The translations under genes were made by a program, and so were the position numbers. A stretch of DNA of 64,000 nt, taken from the sequence record PZ357121.2. One strand, 5' to 3'. Shown in pieces: positions 53,337-64,000 of this stretch (position 1 is the stretch's first letter; the number at the start of each line of letters is the position of its first letter). The notes beneath the pieces are model-generated. The model had not been told where the DNA came from. It was given only the letters and a program-made list of their open reading frames with translations, and ran no database searches. The DNA is from a phage.

Positions 53337-54333
53337 TTCAAGTGTTATCTATCGTGCAATAGTTACATCAAAATTTAGAACAGAGAAAATGCTGAATTTT
53401 TATAATTCAGTTGGGGATGGAGATGATAAGAACTCCATTTATATTACGTTTGGACGTTCAGAGCCTTGGGCGTCAAATGAAAATGAGGTGGGCTTCGCCC
53501 CACCTTATCCTACAGATTCTGTTCTTGGTGTTACTGATATGTGGACCCACATGATGGGTACCGTTAAAGTTTTACCTTCAATGTTAGATTCTGTTATTCC
53601 TAGACGTGATTGGGGAGATGTGCGATATCCAGACCCTTACACGTTTAGAATTAACGATATAGTCGCATGTAATACTGCTCCGTACAACGCGACAGAAGTT
53701 GGAGCTGGTTGGTTAATTTACCGTTGTTTAGATGTCCCTGACGTAGGGCTCTGTTCAATAGAATCTTTAGATAATAAAGATGAATGTCTTAAATTAGGTG
53801 GTAAATGGACCCCGTCTGTTCGTTCTATGTCTCCTCCTGAAGGCAGAGGCGATGCTAATGGGGTTATAGAAACCGGTGATGGATATATTTGGGAATATCT
53901 TTATGAGATTCCTGCCGATGTGTCAATTAACCGTTGCACTAACGAATATCTTGTAGTTCCATGGCCGGAAGAAATTAAAGAAGACCCCACCCGTTGGGGA
54001 TATGAAAATAACTTAACTTGGCAACAAGATGACTACGGCTTGATTTATCGTGTTAAAGCTAATACAATGCGGTTTAAAGCATATTTTGATTCTGTTTATT
54101 TCCCTGAGGCAGCTTTGCCTGGTAATAAGGGTTTTAGACAGATATCAATTATCGCAAACCCGTTAGAAGCTAAGAAAAATCCAAACGACCCTAATGTTAA
54201 AGCAGAAAAGGATTATTACGACCCTAGAGACCTGCAACGTCATTCTGGTGAAATGATTTATATGGAAAACCGCCCACCTGTTATTATGGCAATGGACCAA
54301 ACAGAAGAAATTAACATTTTGTTTATGTTTTAA
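53329..54333 (+). CDS. 8: baseplate wedge protein gp8
   Basis: 334 aa, same length as T4 gp8. Confidence 0.9.
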   Translation: MNDSSVIYRAIVTSKFRTEKMLNFYNSVGDGDDKNSIYITFGRSEPWASNENEVGFAPPYPTDSVLGVTDMWTHMMGTVKVLPSMLDSVIPRRDWGDVRYPDPYTFRINDIVACNTAPYNATEVGAGWLIYRCLDVPDVGLCSIESLDNKDECLKLGGKWTPSVRSMSPPEGRGDANGVIETGDGYIWEYLYEIPADVSINRCTNEYLVVPWPEEIKEDPTRWGYENNLTWQQDDYGLIYRVKANTMRFKAYFDSVYFPEAALPGNKGFRQISIIANPLEAKKNPNDPNVKAEKDYYDPRDLQRHSGEMIYMENRPPVIMAMDQTEEINILFMF

Positions 54334-54340
54334 TTAGGGA

Positions 54341-54362
54341 GCCTTCGGGCTCCCATTTTTGT
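54341..54362 (+). terminator. rho-independent terminator after gene 8 (GGGAGCC-TTCG-GGCTCCC then ATTTTTG)
   Basis: 7-bp GC-rich stem with tetraloop followed by T-run. Confidence 0.65.
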
Positions 54363-54365
54363 ATC

Positions 54366-54373
54366 TATAAATA
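54366..54373 (+). promoter_or_regulatory. T4 late promoter TATAAATA upstream of gene 9
   Basis: exact TATAAATA 33 nt before the gene 9 ATG. Confidence 0.6.
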
Positions 54374-54405
54374 GAATATAATATCGGACAACAAAAGGCA
54401 GAATT

Positions 54406-55278
54406 ATGGCATTTTTTAAGCAAACTCCTAAACAATTAATTGATACCGGCGAAATTGGTAATGCCTCAACAGGTGATATCTTATTCGATGGTGGTAATAA
54501 AATAAATGACGATATCAACGCTATTTACAATGCATTTGGCGATCAACGTAAAATGGCCGTAGCAGATGGAACCGGGCCTACAGGTCAAACTATTCATGCC
54601 ACAGGTTATTATCAAAAAGGAAAGGCTGTCGATTATCAAACTCCTATTAAACCAGGCACTATGCATGATATTGATGCTTCTGATGGTGGTGTGATTGTTA
54701 TTATTGACCGTCCTGAATTAGGTGACTCTGTAGAATTCATAAACTCTAATGGGTCTATTTCTGTTAACAATCCTTTAAGTATCCAAGTAACTGATGGTTC
54801 AATTAAAGGTGTTCTTAATAATCTTGTTATTTCCACCCCTTATACCCATGTTGTTCTTCGTTGTGTTGAAATTAATGGGCCTACTTCAGTATGGAATTAT
54901 TCTACTGATAGCATGTTTGGGCAGAAAGAATCTCCTGTCGATGGGACTTGGAGTCTTACAGGAAACACAGTTTCTATTCCTCTGTTTTATCGCACAGATT
55001 ATAACATGGCTAAATTGCTTGTTACATGCCAATCCGCAGACGGTAGAAAAATAAAAACATGCGAAATAAATATTCTAATAGATACAATTAACTCAGAAGT
55101 TCTTTCTACTGAATTTGCAGTAATGCGAGTTGGTAATGTAGATGAAACCGACGAGATTGCTAATATTAGCTTTAGTATTATTAACAACTTTGCTACTATG
55201 ACGATTACATCCGATATTATTGGATTACGTTCAGCAGTTAAAATTATCTCAACACAGAAAATTGGGGTCGCTCAATAA
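54406..55278 (+). CDS. 9: baseplate wedge / long tail fiber socket protein gp9
   Basis: 290 aa; similarity to my recollection of T4 gp9 (LIDTGEIGNASTGDILFDGGNKIN...KIGVAQ). Confidence 0.85.
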   Translation: MAFFKQTPKQLIDTGEIGNASTGDILFDGGNKINDDINAIYNAFGDQRKMAVADGTGPTGQTIHATGYYQKGKAVDYQTPIKPGTMHDIDASDGGVIVIIDRPELGDSVEFINSNGSISVNNPLSIQVTDGSIKGVLNNLVISTPYTHVVLRCVEINGPTSVWNYSTDSMFGQKESPVDGTWSLTGNTVSIPLFYRTDYNMAKLLVTCQSADGRKIKTCEINILIDTINSEVLSTEFAVMRVGNVDETDEIANISFSIINNFATMTITSDIIGLRSAVKIISTQKIGVAQ

Positions 55279-57083
55279 TGAAACAAAATATTAAAATTGG
55301 TAACGTCGTTGATGACGGACAAGGCGATTACCTTCGTCGAGGTGGTGAAAAAATAAATGAGAACTTTGACGAAATCTATTATGAATTAGGTGATGGTGAA
55401 GTTCCTTATGCCGCTGGCGCATGGAAGACTTATGATGCGGCTGATGGTCTTAATCTTAAGGCCGCTTGGGGTAAATCTTATGCAATTAATACTACTTCTG
55501 GGCGAGTTTCGGTAAATCTTCCTAAAGGGACAATTGCAGACTATAATAAAGTTATTCGTGCTCGTGACGTATTTGCAACTTGGAACATTAACCCTGTTAC
55601 TTTAATTCCGGCAAATGGAGACACGATTAAAGGTTCTTCATCTCCGGTAGAAATTAACGTTCAGTTCTCTGATTTAGAATTAGTTTATTGTGCTCCTGGA
55701 CGTTGGGAATACATCAAGAACAAACAAATTGATAAAATAGTTAGCTCTGACATTAGTAACGTTGCTCGTAGAGAATATCTGGTTGAAACCCAAGGTCAGA
55801 CCGATTTCATGGATGTTTTTAACGGGACCTCTTATAACGTTAACAACATTCGCGTAAAACATCGTGGCAACGAATTGTACTATGGTGATGTATTCAGTGA
55901 TAACAGTGATTTTGGTTCTCCAGGCGCTAATCCTGGTGAACTGGTTGCACTTGATGGATTTAATATTAGATTACGCCAACCATGTAATGTTGGCGACACT
56001 GTACAAATTGAGACATTCTTAGATGGTGTTTCTCAGTGGCGTAGTTCATATACTCGTCGCCAAGTTCGCATTTTAGATAGTAAATTGACTGCTAAAAAAT
56101 CTATTGACGGAAGTATTTACGTCACTGATTTGAGTACGTTCCGGTCTATTCCATTTACAGCATTTGGTATTAATCCTACGGAACCACCTAACCCTAATTC
56201 GTTAGAAGTTCGCTTCAATGGTATTCTCCAAGAATTAGCTGGTACTGTTGGAACTCCTATTTTCCGTTGTGAAGGTGTGGATGCTGATTCTGAAGAGTCA
56301 TGCGCTAATCTCGGTGGGACGTGGACTCAATCGTATACAGATTATGCGATTGAATATACTGATAATATCCCTAGCGCAATTCTGTTTGACCGTCAATTTG
56401 AAGACCAAGACATTATTACCATCACATGGTTTAATAACGATTTAGGAACTCTTCTTGAAATGGAAGAAATCCTTGATGCCACTGACGAGAAATATGTTTC
56501 TCAAGGGTCTAACATTGAAATTACTGGTGACGTTGCATTAACCGATTTCGATAAAATTGGATGGCCTAATGTAGAACCTGTTCCTAAGTATGAACGTGAA
56601 TTCTCGACTATCTCAGCAATATTTGATACAATTTATCCTGTCGGGACTATTTACGAAAATGCGGTTAACCCTAATAATCCGGCAACTTATTTAGGTTTTG
56701 GTTTGTGGAAAATTTGGGGACAAGGCAAAGTATTAGCAGGTTGGAATGACGACGCATCCGATCCTAATTTTGCATTAAATAATAATGACCTTGACGTCAA
56801 TGGTAACCCTACTCATACCGCAGGTGGTACCGTTGGTGTAACAACCATCACATTAGAAAATGCTGATTTACCAGCTACACAAACCGATGAAAAGGTTCTT
56901 ATTTCTGATGATAATGGTACAGTAATTATAGGCGGTTGCCAATATGACCCGGATGAAGAAGGTCCTATTTACACTAAATATCGTGAAGACCATGCAAAGA
57001 CTAATGGATCTCATGTTCCAGCGCGTTCTATAACTAATATTCAGCCATCTATAACTGTATACCGTTGGGTAAGGATTGCATAA
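55278..57083 (+). CDS. 10: baseplate wedge protein gp10
   Basis: 601 aa; stop overlaps gene 11 start (TAATG). Confidence 0.85.
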   Translation: MKQNIKIGNVVDDGQGDYLRRGGEKINENFDEIYYELGDGEVPYAAGAWKTYDAADGLNLKAAWGKSYAINTTSGRVSVNLPKGTIADYNKVIRARDVFATWNINPVTLIPANGDTIKGSSSPVEINVQFSDLELVYCAPGRWEYIKNKQIDKIVSSDISNVARREYLVETQGQTDFMDVFNGTSYNVNNIRVKHRGNELYYGDVFSDNSDFGSPGANPGELVALDGFNIRLRQPCNVGDTVQIETFLDGVSQWRSSYTRRQVRILDSKLTAKKSIDGSIYVTDLSTFRSIPFTAFGINPTEPPNPNSLEVRFNGILQELAGTVGTPIFRCEGVDADSEESCANLGGTWTQSYTDYAIEYTDNIPSAILFDRQFEDQDIITITWFNNDLGTLLEMEEILDATDEKYVSQGSNIEITGDVALTDFDKIGWPNVEPVPKYEREFSTISAIFDTIYPVGTIYENAVNPNNPATYLGFGLWKIWGQGKVLAGWNDDASDPNFALNNNDLDVNGNPTHTAGGTVGVTTITLENADLPATQTDEKVLISDDNGTVIIGGCQYDPDEEGPIYTKYREDHAKTNGSHVPARSITNIQPSITVYRWVRIA

Positions 57084-57742
57084 TGACTGTACTTAATACA
57101 AAGGCGGGAGTTATTTCCCGTCATGCTGATTTTTTGAATTACAGAAAAAATCCAGCTCAAATTGATGTTTTAAACAACCAAGCTGTAGGTTCCGTGACTA
57201 TTTCTCAGTTAGCTCGCGGTTTTTATGATGCTAACGTAGAATCTGCAATAAATGATGTCCATAATATGGCACGAGCTGATATTGGTACTGTTGTCACAAA
57301 CACTTCAGGCGTATCGCCTGAAGGTACAGCACAAGTTGATTATTGGACTTTTTCTGGTGATGTTCTCGACGATACTTTGACCACTGGAACGCCAGTCGTT
57401 ATTAACGTATTTGGACTTGCTGTTAAAGCAACAATCGGTATGACTGATAACGAATTAACGGCACAAGTTCGTATAGCTTTACAAGAAGCCATTGCTAATC
57501 AAATCGCTATTTCTTCTTATAAAGACCATCCGTCTGAAGGTAATAAACTTCAGGTGACATATTTAGATAACCAACGTCATGTGTTGCCAACATATGCTTC
57601 GTTTGGTGTAACAATTTCGCAAGAAATTTTGTCTGAAGCAAAATCCGGATACGGAACATGGAATTTATTGGGTGCCCAAACGGTTACTCTTGATAACCAT
57701 GATACTCCTACCGTTTTCTACCACTTTGTGAGAGCCTCATGA
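57083..57742 (+). CDS. 11: baseplate wedge protein gp11 (short tail fiber attachment)
   Basis: 219 aa from ATG at 57083 ([17 protein letters not shown]); ORF track start is 6 codons upstream. Confidence 0.85.
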   Translation: MTVLNTKAGVISRHADFLNYRKNPAQIDVLNNQAVGSVTISQLARGFYDANVESAINDVHNMARADIGTVVTNTSGVSPEGTAQVDYWTFSGDVLDDTLTTGTPVVINVFGLAVKATIGMTDNELTAQVRIALQEAIANQIAISSYKDHPSEGNKLQVTYLDNQRHVLPTYASFGVTISQEILSEAKSGYGTWNLLGAQTVTLDNHDTPTVFYHFVRAS

Positions 57743-59322
57743 GTAATAACAATACATACCAACACGTTTCAAACGAATCCATTTACGTTGAATTCGACCC
57801 AGTAGGGTCGAATTTTCCAGATACAGTCACTAATGTCCAAGCCGCATTAGCTGCTATTTCTCCTTCAGGTGTTAATGGCGTACCGGAAGCAACAACTACT
57901 ACACCTGGAATTATTCAAATAGCCACTCCACAAGAAGTTATTGATGGATTAGATAATAATAAAGCTGTTACTCCGGCATCACTGAATGCTCGTCTACAAT
58001 ATCCTAATGCAACCGAAACTCAATATGGTTTAACTCGTTATGCTACTGAAGATGAAGCAGTAGCCGGAGCTATTGACGATGCATCAATTACTCCGCTTAA
58101 ATTGAATCAAAAAATAGACAATGTATTCCAGACAAAAGTATCAACAGAAGCAACAAATGGTGTAATTAAAATTTCAACTTCTGCTGCGGCATTAGCTGGT
58201 TCTGACGATACAACGGCAATGACTCCGTTAAAAACGCAACAATTAGCAATTAAACTTATTTCGCAAATTGCTCCAAATAATAGTGACGCCACCGAATCTA
58301 TTACAGGTGTTGTTCGTTTAGCTACAGTTGCACAAGCACAACAAGGCACCCTGCGTGAAGGCTATGCAATTTCACCTTATACCTTTATGAATTCAGTAGC
58401 ATCAGAAACTAATAAAGGTGTCGTTAAACTAGGGACACAGACTGAAGTAAATAGTAACAACTCTTCAGTTGTAGTGACCGGCGCAACATTAAACGGGCGT
58501 GGGGCTACAACTTCTTTACGTGGAGTTGTTCGTTTAACTACACAAGCGGGTAGCCAATCAGGTGGTGATGGTTCTTCTGCCCTTGCTTGGAATGCTGATG
58601 TTATCCACCAACGAGGCGGTCAAACTATTAATGGCACTCTTCGCATTAATAATACGTTGACGGTTGGTTCTGGTGGTGCTAATATAACGGGTAATGTCAA
58701 TATGACCGGTGGTTATATTCAAGGCAATCGTATTGTGACTCAAAATGAATTAGACCGAATTCTTCCAGTTGGCGCTATTACAATGTGGGCTGCAGATAGT
58801 TTGCCGAGTTCGGACTGGCGTTTCTGTCACGGTGGGACCGTTTCTGCTTCAGAATGTCCGGTATATGCTTCCAGAATTGGGACACGATATGGTGGTAGTT
58901 CTTCTAACCCAGGCTTGCCCGATATGCGTGGATTATTTGTTCGCGGCTCAGGTCGTGGTAACCATTTAACTAACCCTAATGTTAATGGTAATGACCAATT
59001 CGGTAAGCCTCGTCTGGCGGTAGGTTGTACCGGTGGATATGTTGGTGAGGTGCAAAAACAACAGATGTCATATCATAAGCATGCTGGCGGTTTTGGTGAA
59101 CATGACGATGCAGGAGCATTCGGTAATACTCGTCGTTCAAACTTTGTTGGTACTCGTAAAGGACTTGACTGGGATAACCGTTCGTATTTTACTAACGATG
59201 GATATGAAATTGATCCAGCGTCTCAGCGTAACTCTAAATATACCCTGAATCGTCCAGAATTAATTGGAAATGAAACTCGCCCATGGAATATTTCTTTAAA
59301 CTATATCATTAAGGTAAAATAA
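57739..59322 (+). CDS. 12: short tail fiber protein gp12
   Basis: 527 aa, identical length to T4 gp12; conserved C-terminal receptor-binding region. Confidence 0.9.
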   Translation: MSNNNTYQHVSNESIYVEFDPVGSNFPDTVTNVQAALAAISPSGVNGVPEATTTTPGIIQIATPQEVIDGLDNNKAVTPASLNARLQYPNATETQYGLTRYATEDEAVAGAIDDASITPLKLNQKIDNVFQTKVSTEATNGVIKISTSAAALAGSDDTTAMTPLKTQQLAIKLISQIAPNNSDATESITGVVRLATVAQAQQGTLREGYAISPYTFMNSVASETNKGVVKLGTQTEVNSNNSSVVVTGATLNGRGATTSLRGVVRLTTQAGSQSGGDGSSALAWNADVIHQRGGQTINGTLRINNTLTVGSGGANITGNVNMTGGYIQGNRIVTQNELDRILPVGAITMWAADSLPSSDWRFCHGGTVSASECPVYASRIGTRYGGSSSNPGLPDMRGLFVRGSGRGNHLTNPNVNGNDQFGKPRLAVGCTGGYVGEVQKQQMSYHKHAGGFGEHDDAGAFGNTRRSNFVGTRKGLDWDNRSYFTNDGYEIDPASQRNSKYTLNRPELIGNETRPWNISLNYIIKVK

Positions 59323-60770
59323 TGACTGATATAACTCTGGTAGATTTACCATATGTTGACGGCCCACCAGACGCGGGTCAGAGTCGTATTGAATGGATTA
59401 AAAACGATGAAGAAATAACAGGTGCTGACACAAAATACGGTTCTGAAGGTGTAATGAACCGTCCTATTGTTGAAGTTCAACGTAACGTAGAAGCGTTAGA
59501 TGTTAATATTAAAACTATAGCATCTTCTTTGAATACGGCCAATGAAGATATCAAAGCTATTCAAGGTATTTTAGATGTTTCTGGGGATGTTGATGCTCTT
59601 GCACAGATAGGCCAGAACACCCAAGATATTGATGTCATTAAAGTCACAATTCAAACCCATGCTAGTGAATTGAATGATTTGAATGAACATATTGATGCGA
59701 ATACTGATGATATTGGTGTTTATAATCAGGAAACAGATTCAGTTTATAGAACTGTTCGTAACGACCTGCTTTGGATTAAAAATGAATTAGGACAATACAC
59801 TGGTCAAGATATTAATGGGGTTCCTACTCCAGGAAATGATAGCACTGGTATGAAACGCCGTATTATGACTAATAGCTCCGTAATTGTTGACCACGGTGTT
59901 CGTTTATCCGATTTAGAAACTAAATTTGCTGATTCTGACGTCGGCTCTTTAACTATTGAAGTCGAACACTTGCGCGAAGAAATGGGACCTCGCACTTCTT
60001 TCACTACTCCAGTGTTTAGTCGTCTTTCCAGTATTGATTTAACTTTGTCACGTCAAAATGCTGACTTGGATGGCATTAAACAGTCTATTGGGTATCCTAA
60101 TACGACTTCTATTATTACTACAACTAATGCGAATAGTTCAGCAATAAACGACATTAATCTTGAGCTCAATCAATCTGGTGGTATTAAACCTCGTTTGACT
60201 ACAGTAGAAACTGCCATTGGCGCCGATGATTTGCCTACTACAATCCAAGGACGTATTAAACTCAATACTGATGCTATCGGAGCATTGAATACTGTTGTCG
60301 GCTCTGATTCTTCGTCAGGATTGCGTTTTAATGTGTCATGGTTAAATAACGTAGTTGGTGTTGACGCTTCAGGTGGGAAACCGGAACCAGACGGCTCTTT
60401 GCTTTATCGTACTCGAGAGCTTGAAGGAACTATCGGTGGGCTGAGTAATGACATTCAGAACATTCAAACTGATGTTGGGACTAATTCCACAGGAATTAAG
60501 GGTTCTGTAAACACATTAAATACTCTTATAAATGGCACCAACCCAAATGGTTCGACTGTTGAAGAACGCGGTATATTGCCTACAGTTAAAAGTCATGATA
60601 CGACAATTAATGGTTTAACTTCTAGAATTGCTACTCTTGAAACTGATTTGGCCGCTGCAGAAGCTGAAATCCAAACTCTTAAGGACGCTGGATATATTGA
60701 AGATGCTCCTTCAGACGGTAAATTCTATGTTCGCAAAGATGGCGCATGGGTTGAACTTCCTACAGCTTAA
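59322..60770 (+). CDS. wac: fibritin (whisker antigen control) wac
   Basis: 482 aa; coiled-coil segments and C-terminal foldon-like GYIEDAPSDGKFYVRKDGAWVELPTA. Confidence 0.85.
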   Translation: MTDITLVDLPYVDGPPDAGQSRIEWIKNDEEITGADTKYGSEGVMNRPIVEVQRNVEALDVNIKTIASSLNTANEDIKAIQGILDVSGDVDALAQIGQNTQDIDVIKVTIQTHASELNDLNEHIDANTDDIGVYNQETDSVYRTVRNDLLWIKNELGQYTGQDINGVPTPGNDSTGMKRRIMTNSSVIVDHGVRLSDLETKFADSDVGSLTIEVEHLREEMGPRTSFTTPVFSRLSSIDLTLSRQNADLDGIKQSIGYPNTTSIITTTNANSSAINDINLELNQSGGIKPRLTTVETAIGADDLPTTIQGRIKLNTDAIGALNTVVGSDSSSGLRFNVSWLNNVVGVDASGGKPEPDGSLLYRTRELEGTIGGLSNDIQNIQTDVGTNSTGIKGSVNTLNTLINGTNPNGSTVEERGILPTVKSHDTTINGLTSRIATLETDLAAAEAEIQTLKDAGYIEDAPSDGKFYVRKDGAWVELPTA

Positions 60771-60775
60771 TGAAA

Positions 60776-60793
60776 AGGGCCTTCGGGCCCTAA
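60776..60793 (+). terminator. terminator-like hairpin after wac (GGGCC-TTCG-GGCCC)
   Basis: plus strand aaagggccttcgggcccta; weak T-run. Confidence 0.45.
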
Positions 60794-60802
60794 AGGATTT
60801 AT

Positions 60803-61729
60803 ATGTCAGGTTATAATGCACAAAACCCTAAAGAATTAAAGGACGTAATATTACGTCGTTTAGGCGCTCCTATTGTAAATGTTGAATTAACTACAGACCA
60901 AATTTATGATTGTATTTCACGAGCGTTAGAACTTTATGGCGAATACCATTTTGACGGGTTGAATAAAGGTTTCCACGTATTTTTTGTTGATGACGAAGAA
61001 AAATACCGTCATGGTGTATTTGATATGCGTGGTTCTAATGTATTTGCTGTAACAAGAATTATAAGAACAAATGTTGGCTCTATTACTTCAATGGATGGTA
61101 ATGCAACTTATCCATGGTTCACTGATTTCCTTTTAGGAATGGCAGGTGTTTCAGGTGGTATGGGTAGTAATTGTGGTAAATTCTACGGCCCGAACGCTTT
61201 TGGCGCTGACCTCGGGTATTATTCTCAATTAGTATCTTATATGGGTATGCTTCAAGATATGATTGCTCCTCTTCCAGATTTTTGGTTTAACTCTGCAAAC
61301 GAGCAATTAAAAGTAATGGGTAACTTTAGACAGAAAGATGTCATTATCGTTGAATCGTATGTTCGCTCTTATATCGAGACCCATAAGATGGTAGGAAATA
61401 CAGTAGGGTACGGTCAGGTCGGTCCTCGTGATTCATGGTCTATTTCTGAACGTTATGATAATCCAGACCATAATTTGGTCGGACGTCGAGTTGGTGAAGA
61501 TCCTGCAACTAAACAAGGCGCATATAACAACCGCTGGGTTAAAGATTATGCAACTGCATTAGCTAAAGAGCTTAATGGACAAATTCTTGCTAAACATCAA
61601 GGTATGATGTTACCTGGTGGCGTCACTGTTGATGGTGTTCGATTAATTGAAGAAGCTCGTTTAGAGAAAGAAGCTTTACGAGAAGAGTTATATTTACTGG
61701 ACCCTCCTGCAGGTATTTTGGTAGGTTAA
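60803..61729 (+). CDS. 13: neck protein gp13
   Basis: 308 aa; position after wac. Confidence 0.85.
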   Translation: MSGYNAQNPKELKDVILRRLGAPIVNVELTTDQIYDCISRALELYGEYHFDGLNKGFHVFFVDDEEKYRHGVFDMRGSNVFAVTRIIRTNVGSITSMDGNATYPWFTDFLLGMAGVSGGMGSNCGKFYGPNAFGADLGYYSQLVSYMGMLQDMIAPLPDFWFNSANEQLKVMGNFRQKDVIIVESYVRSYIETHKMVGNTVGYGQVGPRDSWSISERYDNPDHNLVGRRVGEDPATKQGAYNNRWVKDYATALAKELNGQILAKHQGMMLPGGVTVDGVRLIEEARLEKEALREELYLLDPPAGILVG

Positions 61730-61730
61730 T

Positions 61731-62366
61731 ATGGCAACATACTACAGATTGTATATTACAACATTTGAAACATCCACCGGTATAAAGATTTATGGTGGTA
61801 AACACAAATCAGTTTACGAAGACCCTTCAAAAGACCCTTATACTGGGTCTGGCACCTTTATACGAAGGGCCAAAAGAAAATACGGTCCGTCTTGTATAAA
61901 AGAAATTATATGGTCTAAGCCATTTGAATCTAAAGCTCTAATGGATGAAGCTGAAGAGTTACTGGTAGATGAATTATCCATTTTAGAAAATTGCGCAAAT
62001 CTTGTTAAAGGTGGTGCAGGCGGAAGGTCGTATATTAACCCAGAAGATAATCCATCTATAGGACAAAAACGTTCAGCCCAATCTAAAAAGAAAATGTCTG
62101 ACGCCGCAAAATCAAGAAAATGGACTGAAGAAGGGTTAAGAAAACGTAAAGAATCTACAGCAAGAATGTGGAAAGATTTCAAACATAGACATCCTGATTT
62201 TTCTGGTTCAAAAAATCCAGCAGCTCGAAAAGTTAGTGTAAATGGTAAAATATTTAACACCTGCAAAGAATGTGGTGAAGAATTTAATATCACATCAAGC
62301 GCGGTTATAGGCCGATGCAAAAACAACAAACCTAAATGGGCAGGATGGAATTATGTCGACGTATAA
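61731..62366 (+). CDS. free-standing GIY-YIG-like homing endonuclease between neck genes 13 and 14
   Basis: 211 aa; [24 protein letters not shown]; NUMOD3-like repeats; C-terminal CKECGEE...GRCKNN; starts 1 nt after gene 13 stop and overlaps gene 14 start by 14 nt. Confidence 0.6.
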   Translation: MATYYRLYITTFETSTGIKIYGGKHKSVYEDPSKDPYTGSGTFIRRAKRKYGPSCIKEIIWSKPFESKALMDEAEELLVDELSILENCANLVKGGAGGRSYINPEDNPSIGQKRSAQSKKKMSDAAKSRKWTEEGLRKRKESTARMWKDFKHRHPDFSGSKNPAARKVSVNGKIFNTCKECGEEFNITSSAVIGRCKNNKPKWAGWNYVDV

Positions 62367-63117
62367 TTCAAATTTATTTGCAAAGTTAGAAAACCGAGAA
62401 GGCTATTCTAAAACTAATGAAACAGAGATTTTAAACAAATACGTGAACTTCAACAAATACGAAAATAGCCAGACATTAGCCGATGTTCTAGTGGCAGAAA
62501 GCATACAGATGCGCGGTATTGAATGTTTTTATGTTCCACGTGAATATGTTGCCGTGGACCTTATCTTTGGTGAGGACCTTAAAAATAAATTTACTAAAGC
62601 ATGGAAATTTGCTGCATATCTGAACTCTTTTGAAGGTTATGAAGGAGCGAAATCGTTCTTCAGCAACTTCGGAATGCAAGTTCAAGACGAAGTTACATTA
62701 TCTATTAACCCGGGTCTTTTCAAACACCAGGTCAACAATCAGGAGCCCAAGGAAGGTGATTTAATATACTTCCCAATGGACAACAGTTTGTTTGAGATTA
62801 ACTGGGTTGAACCATATGACCCATTCTATCAAGTAGGTAAAAATGCGATTCGTAAAATTACTGCAGGCAAGTTTATTTACTCTGGCGAAGAAATCAATCC
62901 GGTGCTTCAGAAAAATGAAGGTATCAATATACCTGAATTTAGTGACTTGGAACTTAACCCTGTTAGAAATCTTGACGGTATCCATGACATTAATATCGAT
63001 GAGTATTCTGAAGTTGAGCAAATCAATTCAGAGGCAAGTGAATACGTTGAGCCGTATGTAGTAGTTAACAACCGTGGTAGACAAAATTCACCATTTGACG
63101 ATGGGTTTATGAATTAA
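62353..63117 (+). CDS. 14: neck protein gp14
   Basis: 254 aa. Confidence 0.85.
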   Translation: MSTYNSNLFAKLENREGYSKTNETEILNKYVNFNKYENSQTLADVLVAESIQMRGIECFYVPREYVAVDLIFGEDLKNKFTKAWKFAAYLNSFEGYEGAKSFFSNFGMQVQDEVTLSINPGLFKHQVNNQEPKEGDLIYFPMDNSLFEINWVEPYDPFYQVGKNAIRKITAGKFIYSGEEINPVLQKNEGINIPEFSDLELNPVRNLDGIHDINIDEYSEVEQINSEASEYVEPYVVVNNRGRQNSPFDDGFMN

Positions 63118-63166
63118 TAAATAGATAAGATAAAGCAAACACCGGTCGAAAGGCCGGTTAGGAGAA

Positions 63167-63991
63167 ATGATGTTTGGTTATTTTTACAACTCGTCGTTCA
63201 GGCGATATATCACAATGATGGGCGATTTGTTTTCAAATATCCAAGTTAACCGTCAATTGTCTACAGGCAATAAATTAATTAGAGTTCCTATTACGTATGC
63301 ATCTAAAGAGCACTTTATGATGAAACTTAATAAATGGACCTCTATAAACTCACAAGAAGATGTGGCTAAAGTCGAAACTATTCTACCACGTATAAATCTC
63401 CAAATGGTAGATTTCGTTTATAACCCGACGTTTAAAACGAATATATTGAATAACTCTCTTTTGAGTAAATCGACTAAGGATATTGTAGACCAATACAACC
63501 CATCACCAATTAAAATGATTTTTGAACTGAGCATCTTTACTCGTTATGAAGATGATATGTTCCAAATCGTTGAGCAAATTATTCCATATTTTCAGCCGCA
63601 TTTTAATACGACTATGATTGAGCAATATGGGCAGGATATTCCATTTGAAAGGGATATTAAAGTCGTATGGATGGCAGCAGCAATGGATGAACAAATAGAC
63701 GGTGATAATTTATCCCGTCGACGTTTAGAGTGGTCATTAACATTTGAAGTAAATGGATGGATGTATCCTCCGGTAGGCGCAGCTGAAGGCCTTATTAAAA
63801 CGACTTATCTTGATTTTCATGCTAATGAGCGAGACCTTCAAACAGCCGCCAGTGTTTTTGAATCAGTTGATACAGAAATTAAACCGAGAGACGTTGAAGC
63901 ACAAGATTGGAATGGTGAAGTTGAACAAACTTATACTCATGATATTCCAATCCCGACTCCACCAACCCCTCCTGGTCCTAGAAAACAATAA
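63167..63991 (+). CDS. 15: tail sheath stabilizer / tail terminator gp15
   Basis: 274 aa (second ATG at 63170 has better AGGAGA spacing); hairpin ACCGG-TCGAAAGG-CCGGT just upstream. Confidence 0.85.
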   Translation: MMFGYFYNSSFRRYITMMGDLFSNIQVNRQLSTGNKLIRVPITYASKEHFMMKLNKWTSINSQEDVAKVETILPRINLQMVDFVYNPTFKTNILNNSLLSKSTKDIVDQYNPSPIKMIFELSIFTRYEDDMFQIVEQIIPYFQPHFNTTMIEQYGQDIPFERDIKVVWMAAAMDEQIDGDNLSRRRLEWSLTFEVNGWMYPPVGAAEGLIKTTYLDFHANERDLQTAASVFESVDTEIKPRDVEAQDWNGEVEQTYTHDIPIPTPPTPPGPRKQ

Positions 63992-64000
63992 GAGGTAAAT

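Noticed and set aside
54330-55187. Minus-strand small ORFs (54330..54518, 54481..54666, 54636..54836, 54999..55187) inside the late structural operon
   Set aside because: Antisense to gp9 with no start signals; the region is occupied by contiguous, coupled plus-strand structural genes
61838-62329. Minus-strand 163-aa ORF opposite the 13/14-junction endonuclease gene
   Set aside because: Antisense frame with Leu/Ser/Pro-rich composition; plus-strand ORF has recognisable GIY-YIG and NUMOD3 motifs

Overview
This window is a segment of a T4-like (Tevenvirinae) myovirus genome, read by hand from the sequence and the ORF track with no database searches. Coordinates 1-44200 are almost entirely minus-strand early/middle genes: the start of gene 46, gene 47, late sigma factor gene 55, nrdH, nrdG, an intron-split nrdD carrying an I-TevII-like homing endonuclease, gene 49, nrdC, a long run of small accessory ORFs, rI, tk, regB, a GrcA-like glycyl radical cofactor, denV, internal-protein paralogs, lysozyme e, nudE, three tRNAs, 57B/57A and genes 1, 3, 2, 4. 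Coordinates 44261-63991 are the plus-strand late structural module: 53, 5, 5.1, 5.4, 6, 7, 8, 9, 10, 11, 12, wac, 13, 14, 15. Protein lengths match T4 closely but the sequence is not T4 itself: lysozyme is roughly 80% identical to my recollection of T4 lysozyme, the alpha-glucosyltransferase gene is missing between 47 and 55, and several homing endonuclease genes sit where I do not recall T4 having one. The most striking unexplained signal is regulatory: about 20 early-promoter-like elements (GTTTAC-type -35, TATAAT-type -10) are embedded in hairpins whose arms differ between copies but stay complementary. Other candidates for a new system are a nucleotidyltransferase/membrane-protein operon, a macro-domain plus secreted lytic-transglycosylase cluster, two small paralog families with conserved C-terminal motifs, and a 23-bp direct repeat flanking a single inserted ORF. 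All functional calls rest on motifs and synteny and need homology searches to confirm.
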